Positions 25,050 through 31,368 of a DNA stretch of 32,000 nt are shown here, piece after piece. Each line of letters starts with the position of its first letter. The stretch's first letter is position 1. Origin of the DNA: an uncultured Chloroflexia bacterium (lineage in GTDB: Bacteria > Chloroflexota > Anaerolineae > Anaerolineales > Anaerolineaceae). The notes below the pieces were generated by a model, which was not told the origin of the DNA, did no database searches, and saw nothing but the letters and a program-made list of their open reading frames with translations. The translations under genes were made by a program, and so were the position numbers. The stretch covers positions 3,060,001 to 3,092,000 of the forward strand of contig OY969938.1 in assembly GCA_963704755.1 (NCBI GenBank). Direction: 5' to 3'.

Positions 25050-25970
25050 TCAAGCCGGTGGCTGGACCTGGTCACCGCTGGGGCTGACCAGGAACCATTT
25101 GCCGGAAACGCCCTCGCCGTTGGTATCGCCAGGCTTGGTATCGCTGGCAAAGTGATACAGCGGCCAGCCATTATAGGTGACCTGGGTGCTGCCGTCGGCG
25201 CGAGTGATGGTGCCCAGCATGGTGCTATCCGCCTGACCACCCGCAGCAGGCGAGCCGCTGACCGTCAGTGGCGGCCAGTTCTGCGCACAGGTATCCGCGC
25301 AGGTGCTGGTGTTGGGGGAATCACTGGCGAAGAGGTACAGGCTCATCCCGGCCGAGTCGACCAGGAAGGTTCCCAGGTCGCTCGAACTGGTCATGACGGT
25401 GGGCGTGGTAGTGGCCATCGTCGTGGCCTCAGCGGTGGGCATGCTGGTCGATCCGCTGGCCGGCGCAGCAGCCGTCCCGCCGGCCGCCTCGACTTTTTCG
25501 CCTGCGGGGGAAATGGCAAACCACACCCCGTTTTTACCCTCACCATTGGTATCGCCAGGTTGGCTGTCGCCCGCAAAATAATACAGCGGCCAGCCGTTAT
25601 AGGTCACCTGGGTGCTGCCATCGCTGCGGGTAGTGGTGCCCAGCCGGCTGGCGTCCGCGCCGGTATCGGCCATGGCTGCACCGGTGGTCAGCAGCGGCGG
25701 CCAGTTTTGCGCACAGGTATCGGTGCAGGTGCTGGTGTTAGGCGTATCGTTGGTGTACAGGTAAAGGGTCATCCCTTTTGAATCGACCAGGATGGTTCCC
25801 AATTGGGCGTTCAAGGTGGACATCAGTGCGACCTGGCCTGTTCCGCTGGTCGCGCTGGCTTCTGGCATAGCGGTTGGCACGACCGTGGCGGTAGCCGTAG
25901 CCGGCGCGCTGCAGGCTGCCAGGGCCATTGCCAGAATGAACAAGGTAGAATATAGGATTTTTGGTTTCAT
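25050..25970 (-). CDS. Secreted lipoprotein with two copies of a conserved ~100-aa repeat (resembles the PF03640/COG4315 secreted repeat family)
   Basis: ATG at 25970 with AGGAG 5 nt upstream; the track start at 26177 is rejected. Signal peptide and lipobox MKPKILYSTLFILAMALAAC. Internal duplication: LGT(I/F)LVDS.GM.LYL...D.PNTSTC.DTCAQNWPPL ... DGSTQVTYNGWPLY.FA.D..PGDTNGEG. Confidence 0.75.
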   Translation of the reverse strand: MKPKILYSTLFILAMALAACSAPATATATVVPTAMPEASATSGTGQVALMSTLNAQLGTILVDSKGMTLYLYTNDTPNTSTCTDTCAQNWPPLLTTGAAMADTGADASRLGTTTRSDGSTQVTYNGWPLYYFAGDSQPGDTNGEGKNGVWFAISPAGEKVEAAGGTAAAPASGSTSMPTAEATTMATTTPTVMTSSSDLGTFLVDSAGMSLYLFASDSPNTSTCADTCAQNWPPLTVSGSPAAGGQADSTMLGTITRADGSTQVTYNGWPLYHFASDTKPGDTNGEGVSGKWFLVSPSGDQVQPPA

Positions 25971-26056
25971 CTTTTCTCCTAAGGCGTTCAAGGTTTGACG
26001 TACATATAAAGAAATACGCCAGGAGAAGCCAAATTGGATGTTCTTTATCTTTATTA

Positions 26057-26109
26057 TTTTGAATGTTTTGTTGTGGACGGTTTCACTGCCCACAACAAAA
26101 CATTCAAAA
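26057..26109. other. 20-bp perfect-stem hairpin in the AT-rich spacer between the anti-sigma and lipoprotein genes
   Basis: TTTTGAATGTTTTGTTGTGG (26057-26076) / 13-nt loop / CCACAACAAAACATTCAAAA (26090-26109). The right arm contains the anti-sigma stop codon (26104-26106). Confidence 0.7.
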
Positions 26110-26841
26110 ATCCACCTTAAGTACCCTGGATCCGGTTGGACCCGGGCTGCCCCCGGCCGGCTCATCGGTGACCCCAATCCCTACGTAATCGCCAACCGCG
26201 CCGCTGATTTGGAAAGGTACGGTGGTATATAACTGCCCCGGTGTGGGCTGGAATAACCCGGCGCTGGTACGCTGGCCTTGTGCGTTGACCAGCCAGATCT
26301 GGTAGGTGCGGTTTGTGGGTAAGTCCGGCAGGTTCCACAGGATCAAGGCAGCCACATTGCGTTCGCGGTCCAGCAGCAGGCTGCCGGCCAGGTTATCCCC
26401 CTCGACTGGCAGCGATTCGGTGCTGGGATAGGCCAGCATGGCCATGGCCGTTTGGCCGGTTTGCAGTTGGGCCGCCAGGGCGGTCTGCTGGCGTTCGACG
26501 ATGCGCAGGGCAGCCAGAGTATAGAAGTTCGCCACCAATAAAGCGATAAATACTACCCCCAAGGCGATCTGGCCGGTGGAAATCTGCCAGCCCGGCTTGA
26601 ACAGGTTGGGCGTGGGACGAATGCTGCGAACCAACTGGCGGCGCAGGCGAGCGGGCGGCTGGCGTGGGGGAACGGCTTCCAACAGGCCCAGGCTGAGGCT
26701 GCGGTATTCAGTCAGCTCTCGCTGGCAGTCCGCACAGGATTGCAGGTGCTCTTTCAGCGCTGTGGTTTCATCTACATCCAAAGCGCCGATAGCAAAAGCG
26801 GCCAGATTTTCACGAAACGGTGTACAGCGCTCTGCTCCCAT
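26104..26841 (-). CDS. Anti-sigma factor: zf-HC2 N-terminal domain, one TM, RskA-like extracytoplasmic domain
   Basis: 245 aa. HLQSCADC (HxxxCxxC). TM GQIALGVVFIALLVANFYTLAAL. C-terminal YQIWLVNAQGQRTSAGLF...GVTDEPAGGS resembles the anti-sigma-K RskA C-domain. Confidence 0.8.
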   Translation of the reverse strand: MGAERCTPFRENLAAFAIGALDVDETTALKEHLQSCADCQRELTEYRSLSLGLLEAVPPRQPPARLRRQLVRSIRPTPNLFKPGWQISTGQIALGVVFIALLVANFYTLAALRIVERQQTALAAQLQTGQTAMAMLAYPSTESLPVEGDNLAGSLLLDRERNVAALILWNLPDLPTNRTYQIWLVNAQGQRTSAGLFQPTPGQLYTTVPFQISGAVGDYVGIGVTDEPAGGSPGPTGSRVLKVDF

Positions 26842-26896
26842 CCACTCACTCCCTCCAATAATTAATACGTTGCCGCTTGCCCATTTGGATTAACCC

Positions 26897-27454
26897 TTAC
26901 TCGTCTTTCAGCCAGACCTGGCGCAGCGTGTCCATGGCCGTGCGCAGGCGGGTTTTGACCGTGCCTAACGGCCAGCCCAGCGTTTCGGCAATTTCGCGCT
27001 GGCTGAGTCCCTGGAAATAAGCCAGTTCGAGCACCTGGCGGTGCTCATTGGACAGGTTTTGCAGGCACAACGACAGGCTGCGCCAGCGCAATTCCTCGGC
27101 CAGCGAAGCGCCATCCGGAATGGTTTGCCAGATATTCTCGGGGTCGTCGCCGCCAGAAAGAGCCGGCCGGCGATTTTCCAGGCGCAGCCGGTCGAGGGCG
27201 GTATTGCGGGTGATCACCAGCAGCCAACCCAGCAGCGGACCGCGTTCGGCCAGGTACTGGCGCGAGCAACTCCACAATTTGAGAAAAGTATCCTGGGTCA
27301 CTTCTTCGGCCAGCATGTTATCCGCCAGGATCTTGTAGGCCAGTCCGAAGACCCGGCTGGCATAGCGGTCGTACAACGCCAGAAAGGCACGCTGGTCGCC
27401 GCGTGCGATCTTTCCCGCCAGGTCCTGATCGGATGGATAATCTGACAATGTCAC
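26897..27454 (-). CDS. ECF (group IV) sigma-70 family RNA polymerase sigma factor
   Basis: Region 2 (FLALYDRYASRVFGLAYKIL...AEEVTQDTFLKLW) and region 4 (VLELAYFQGLSQREIAETLGWPLGTVKTRLRTAM). The track start is GTG at 27454. TTG at 27448 fits the AAGGAG at 27454-27459 better. Confidence 0.9.
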   Translation of the reverse strand: MTLSDYPSDQDLAGKIARGDQRAFLALYDRYASRVFGLAYKILADNMLAEEVTQDTFLKLWSCSRQYLAERGPLLGWLLVITRNTALDRLRLENRRPALSGGDDPENIWQTIPDGASLAEELRWRSLSLCLQNLSNEHRQVLELAYFQGLSQREIAETLGWPLGTVKTRLRTAMDTLRQVWLKDE

Positions 27455-27547
27455 TCCTTATGATTTATTATAAGGGACTGCGGGGTAATTCTATAAGAGG
27501 TTCCCAAATCTGGGATATTTGCGGTCGAAACCACATGCCTGACCGGG

Positions 27548-27722
27548 GCAAAGAATCCCCCCAACCCCCCTTGCGGAGGATGTGAAGAACATTCAGACAC
27601 GCTTTCATTGCCATGAATTACCCGGTTTTCACGAATTGGTCGCGTATCGGTAATTCTTCACATCCTCCAAGGGGGGAATGTGTTTCTTGCCCCCCCTTTC
27701 GAAAGAGGGGGGGATTCTTTGC
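27548..27722. repeat. Nested inverted repeat with C6/C6/G6/C7/G7 homopolymer runs, upstream of the ECF sigma gene
   Basis: Left arm GCAAAGAATCCCCCCAACCCCCCTTGCGGAGGATGTGAAGAA (27548-27589). Right arm TTCTTCACATCCTCCAAGGGGGG...GGGGGGGATTCTTTGC (27654-27722) carries an extra internal hairpin CCCCCCCTTTC/GAAAGAGGGGGGG. The arms flank a 64-bp AT-richer core. Confidence 0.75.
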
Positions 27723-27745
27723 GTTCGCCAGGACAGGCTGCAAGG

Positions 27746-27883
27746 TTTCCCGGCTTTCAAAGCCGGGGATACGTTTGGCCTCTGCATCTCCGCGGTTGAC
27801 AACCGGTGCTTCGTTACCCAACCGGCAGCTAAAGCTGCACCTACGAAAGCACAAAGACCCACCTGCGTGGGTCTCCCTTTTGG
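27746..27883 (+). repeat. 137-nt structured module, copy C
   Basis: Head is GTTT instead of GTAG. Palindrome at 27749-27767. Identical 47-nt core. GCAGCTAAAGCTGC. GACCCAC-CTGC-GTGGGTC (27856-27873) + TCCCTTTTGG. Confidence 0.9.
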
Positions 27884-27950
27884 CGAAGCTTAAATCCGTA
27901 GCCGAAAACAGACTTGGCAGGCCGGACAATTACCCCCACCCCATCCCTGA

Positions 27951-27982
27951 GCCCGGCCTACGCCGGGCTTTGTGTTTTTGTT
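27951..27982 (+). terminator. Terminator-like hairpin plus T-run in the linker between copies C and D
   Basis: GCCCGGC-CTAC-GCCGGGC followed by TTTGTGTTTTTGTT. Confidence 0.45.
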
Positions 27983-28020
27983 GCTGCGACCTCGGTCGCC
28001 GGCAGCGCCGCCCGGTTCCG

Positions 28021-28158
28021 TAGCCCGGCTTTCAAAGCCGGGGATACGTTTGGCCTATGCATCTCCGCGGTTGACAACCGGTGCTTCGTTACCCAACCGG
28101 CAGCTAAAGCTGCACCTACGAAAGCACAAAGACCCACCTGCGTGGGTCTTCTTTTTAG
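28021..28158 (+). repeat. 137-nt structured module, copy D
   Basis: GTAG head (28020-28023). Same core. GACCCAC-CTGC-GTGGGTC (28131-28148) + TTCTTTTTAG. Confidence 0.9.
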
Positions 28159-28348
28159 CAAGGCTCGTTTACAGAGCCGAAATTCTGCCTGGCAAACCGA
28201 GATTGTGCCCGCTCCTTTGGCTTCTTTTCCCCGCCCCACCAGATTAGAAAAACCAACCCAGGCGCCATTTAGCGGGGAGGGGGCAGGGGGTGGGGCGGCA
28301 TAGCACCGGTGAATTCCGGCCGGGCGCAGGAATGCCCCTAAAACCTGT

Positions 28349-29326
28349 TTACCTGCATCCTTTGGCCAATAAAACCAAAACCCGGGTGCTCCAATCGACT
28401 TTGCGCTGCAGCGGATGGCGCCAATCGACCGAAAGAGGGAAATAATAACCCTGCGGATCCCGCGGACCCAGGTCCCACAGGCCGTCGGGCCGGCACTGCG
28501 CCCAGAGCCAGGCCAGAGCCGGCCCGGCGGCCTCGCGGAAACTACGGAAACGGGCCAGGGTCTCCAGTGATTGCAGCCACAGTTCCAGACGGGTGGCAGT
28601 CAACGATGCCGGCCGGGTTGCGAGGGGCACGCCCATATAGCCCAATCCCTCGCGGCGTTCCCAGGCCCAGCGGACGATGGCGGCATCCAGGTCCGCGGAC
28701 AGGCACTCCGGCCGGGCCGAAAGCAGCCAGAGGGTGTATTTATTTTTCATCAAGAAGAACTGCGGGCCAAACAGCACTCCGCTGCTCAGTTCACGCAGGG
28801 CTTCGACTTCACGTTGAAGATGGTAAACACCCCCGCTGAAGATGTGTTCTGCAGCCGCCAGCCAGGCGCTGTGCAGCTCGTCCAGGGCCAGATGATATGG
28901 CGAAACACAGGCCAGGGTCCCGGCGGTGATGGTACTCATCACCAGTGGCCAGCGCGGATTCTTCTCGGCCGGGTCGCTCCACTGGCACTCGCCTCGCAGT
29001 ACCCCGGCCATAAACGCAGTCGCCCGCCGCAATGGATCGGCCTCCTGGTCCAGTCCCAGCGCCAGCAGGCGCTGGATGGCCCATTCGCTGGTGAGCACCG
29101 GGCCGGGGTGAGCCGAATCGCGCGAATGAAATCGTCCCCACGAGCCATCCGGCTGCTGAACAGCGCTTATTGGAGTCACTTGTGGTGCCTGCGAGACGTC
29201 AGCCGGACCGGTTGGCAGCAATCGCACTTCGCGTTGCAAGCGTGCCTTAACCAGCGGTTCGCTGCATACTGCCAGCACGTGCATGGCCGCCTGGTTTATT
29301 TCCCCTGCGTCAGGAAGATCGAACAT
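28349..29326 (-). CDS. Hypothetical protein (325 aa), Trp/Leu/Ala-rich, possibly an alpha-helical repeat (alpha/alpha-toroid-like) fold
   Basis: Long ORF with ATG at 29326 and a purine-rich stretch upstream. Codon usage looks like neighbouring genes. Recurrent xPDGxWG/WD motifs (QQPDGSWGRF, RPDGLWDLG) recall prenyltransferase/terpene-cyclase-type repeats. No firm family assignment. Confidence 0.6.
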   Translation of the reverse strand: MFDLPDAGEINQAAMHVLAVCSEPLVKARLQREVRLLPTGPADVSQAPQVTPISAVQQPDGSWGRFHSRDSAHPGPVLTSEWAIQRLLALGLDQEADPLRRATAFMAGVLRGECQWSDPAEKNPRWPLVMSTITAGTLACVSPYHLALDELHSAWLAAAEHIFSGGVYHLQREVEALRELSSGVLFGPQFFLMKNKYTLWLLSARPECLSADLDAAIVRWAWERREGLGYMGVPLATRPASLTATRLELWLQSLETLARFRSFREAAGPALAWLWAQCRPDGLWDLGPRDPQGYYFPLSVDWRHPLQRKVDWSTRVLVLLAKGCR

Positions 29327-29455
29327 AGCCCACCCCTTTCAGGGATCCGCCATTTTTGCAATGGTTGAGGAACTAACAGGATTGGTCCTACCGGTTTAAT
29401 TGTATTATGTACATGGCAATCGCATCATGCCAATTTAGTCCCAACAGAGAGATAA

Positions 29456-29500
29456 TTTTGAGTGTTATTGTGGGGCTACGCCCCACAATAACACTCAAAA
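29456..29500. repeat. 45-nt perfect palindrome (21-bp stem, 3-nt loop) in a divergent intergenic region
   Basis: TTTTGAGTGTTATTGTGGGGC-TAC-GCCCCACAATAACACTCAAAA. The T-run is 5' and the A-run 3', so it is not a canonical terminator on either strand. Confidence 0.8.
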
Positions 29501-29620
29501 AGCCATTCTTTGGGGGATTGCCCCCGAAAAGCAGGCAGGCTGCAATCGCCCTGGTATTATGTACCGGGCAACGTGCAATTGAATCTCAAAACGGGTATGA
29601 TTAACCCGATTGGAGGTGGT

Positions 29621-30127
29621 ATGCGACCTGACGGTTTGATCGTTATGGGGGTATCGGGCTGTGGCAAGACCAGCGTCGGTAAAGCGCTGGCCGATCATCT
29701 GGGCTGGGATTTTTACGACGCGGACGATTTTCACCCGGCTGCAAACGTGGCCAAGATGGCTGCCGGCATTCCGCTCACCGACGCCGACCGGGCCCCCTGG
29801 CTGCAAACCCTGCACGACAAGCTCGCCGAGGTTTTACGAGCCGGGCGCCACCCGGTGCTGGCCTGTTCGGCGCTCAAGCGAAGTTACCGGGCCGAATTGC
29901 TGGCCGGCAACACCGGCCTGAGCGTGGTCTATCTCAAGGGCAGCTTCGACTTGATCTGGTCGCGGATGGAAGCGCGCAAGGGTCATTACATGAAAGCTGA
30001 TATGCTGCAAAGCCAGTTTGCTGCTTTGGAAGAACCGCCGGATGCTTTTACGGTGGATATCACCCCGCCGGTAGAAGAAATCGTCAAGCAGATTTTGGCC
30101 GGTTTGTTCGCTCAACAAGCGGGATAA
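29621..30127 (+). CDS. gntK: Gluconokinase (thermoresistant gluconate kinase family)
   Basis: ATG at 29621 with GGAGGTG at 29612-29618; the track start at 29510 is rejected. P-loop GVSGCGKTSVG, DADDFHP..N..KM..G.PLTD.DR.PWL, ACSALKRSYR. Confidence 0.85.
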   Translation: MRPDGLIVMGVSGCGKTSVGKALADHLGWDFYDADDFHPAANVAKMAAGIPLTDADRAPWLQTLHDKLAEVLRAGRHPVLACSALKRSYRAELLAGNTGLSVVYLKGSFDLIWSRMEARKGHYMKADMLQSQFAALEEPPDAFTVDITPPVEEIVKQILAGLFAQQAG

Positions 30128-30174
30128 ATTTTGTTGGGTCTGTAATTGGGAAGATTTGCCAAAGGAGGATTACG

Positions 30175-31089
30175 ATGAAAGTTGCCGTTATTGGTCTGGG
30201 AAAAATGGGTTTGAATATCTCTCACCGGCTGATGAATGCCGGCCATACTGTAGTTGCTTTTGATATTAATTCAGATGCGGTCAAAGCCGCTGCAGAATTG
30301 GGTGCGCAGGGAGCGGACAGCCTGGAAAAAGCCGTGACGCTGCTCGAACAGCCGCGTGTGTTTTGGGTTATGCTGCCGGCCGGAAAAATTACCGATGATA
30401 CCCTGGATACGCTCTCCGGGTATCTGGCAGCCGGGGACATCCTTATCGACGGAGGTAATTCCAATTACAAGGATTCCATGCAGCAGGCGCAGAAACTGGC
30501 TCAAAAGGGGATCACTTTGCTGGACGTGGGGGTCAGTGGTGGGGTGTGGGGCCTGAGCGAGGGCTACAGCATGATGGTCGGCGGGCCGGATGAGGCTGTG
30601 GCGCACTGCCGGCCGCTGTTCGAGACCCTGGCGCCGGCGCCGGACCAGGGTTGGGCTCACGTGGGTCCGTCCGGATCCGGGCATTACGTCAAGATGGTGC
30701 ATAACGGCATCGAATACGGCCTTATGCAGGCCTACGCCGAGGGGTTCGAGGTGCTCAAGACCCGCCAGGAATTTGGCCTGGACCTGCACCAGGTGGCCGA
30801 GGTCTGGCGCTTTGGCAGCGTCATCCGCTCCTGGCTGCTGGATCTGGTCAGCGAAACCCTGGCGGATGAGAAGACCCTGTCTGAGATCCAGCCCTGGGTG
30901 CCGGATTCGGGTGAAGGCCGCTGGACGGCCGCCGAAGCCATCGACCTGGGCGTGCCGGCCCCGGTGATCACCCTGGCGCTGCAGATGCGCTTCGCCTCCC
31001 GCGACGAGAAGAACTTCTCGGCCGTATTGGTGGCCGCCATGCGCAACAAGTTTGGCGGGCATGCCGTAAAAACCAATCCAGAGGCTTAG
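30175..31089 (+). CDS. gnd: 6-phosphogluconate dehydrogenase, decarboxylating, short (~300 aa) form
   Basis: MKVAVIGLGKMGLNISHRL (Rossmann), IDGGNSNY, LDVGVSGGVWG, GSGHYVKMVHNGIEYG. AAAGGAGG lies upstream of the start. Confidence 0.9.
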   Translation: MKVAVIGLGKMGLNISHRLMNAGHTVVAFDINSDAVKAAAELGAQGADSLEKAVTLLEQPRVFWVMLPAGKITDDTLDTLSGYLAAGDILIDGGNSNYKDSMQQAQKLAQKGITLLDVGVSGGVWGLSEGYSMMVGGPDEAVAHCRPLFETLAPAPDQGWAHVGPSGSGHYVKMVHNGIEYGLMQAYAEGFEVLKTRQEFGLDLHQVAEVWRFGSVIRSWLLDLVSETLADEKTLSEIQPWVPDSGEGRWTAAEAIDLGVPAPVITLALQMRFASRDEKNFSAVLVAAMRNKFGGHAVKTNPEA

Positions 31090-31140
31090 TTTTCATAAAG
31101 CGATGAATCCGAGGCAACCGCTCTGCCGAATGGGTAAGAA

Positions 31141-31197
31141 TCCCGAATTTGAGGTGTTTGCAGAGGCAAAGCCTCCGCAAACACCTCAAATTCGGGA
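31141..31197. terminator. 27-bp stem hairpin (1 mismatch) downstream of gnd; member of the same repeat family as 8529-8588
   Basis: TCCCGAATTTGAGGTGTTTGCAGAGGC-AAA-GCCTCCGCAAACACCTCAAATTCGGGA, preceded by GGTAAGAA as in the 8.5-kb copy. Confidence 0.5.
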
Positions 31198-31315
31198 ACT
31201 TTCTAACAAGAGCCTGAATAGTTACCCAAAAACAATAAAAGCTCCCGCATCTTCTGAACCTGCCTGAGCAGTTGCAATCCAAGTTCATTCTTGAGTTGCA
31301 TTTTCTTGTATCTGT

Positions 31316-31348
31316 TTGACAATTTTGCAGTTTATCTGTAAAATTGTC
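31316..31348 (+). promoter_or_regulatory. Strong sigma70-like promoter embedded in a 13-bp inverted repeat (candidate operator)
   Basis: TTGACA (31316-31321), 17-nt spacer, TAAAAT (31339-31344). The inverted repeat GACAATTTTGCAG (31318-31330) / CTGTAAAATTGTC (31336-31348) is 12/13 complementary and overlaps both hexamers. Confidence 0.6.
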
Positions 31349-31368
31349 GTATAGATCAGGAGAATCTC

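Noticed and set aside
25971-26177. Upstream extension of the lipoprotein ORF to 26177
   Set aside because: The extension crosses the AT-rich hairpin spacer and overlaps the anti-sigma 3' end. MKPKILYSTLFILAMALAAC at 25970 gives a proper signal peptide, lipobox and SD.
24504-28158. CRISPR array or integron attC/cassette array interpretation of the 137-nt repeats
   Set aside because: There are only two units per cluster. The unit is far longer than a CRISPR repeat, and the 'spacers' of the two clusters are partly homologous to each other. The unit ends do not pair with each other as attC R''/R' sites do. No cas or intI gene is in the window.
30271-31062. 263-aa ORF antisense to gnd (28571..29368 + antisense to the 325-aa gene is a similar case)
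   Set aside because: These are shadow ORFs with no motifs, and the sense strands encode well-supported proteins.
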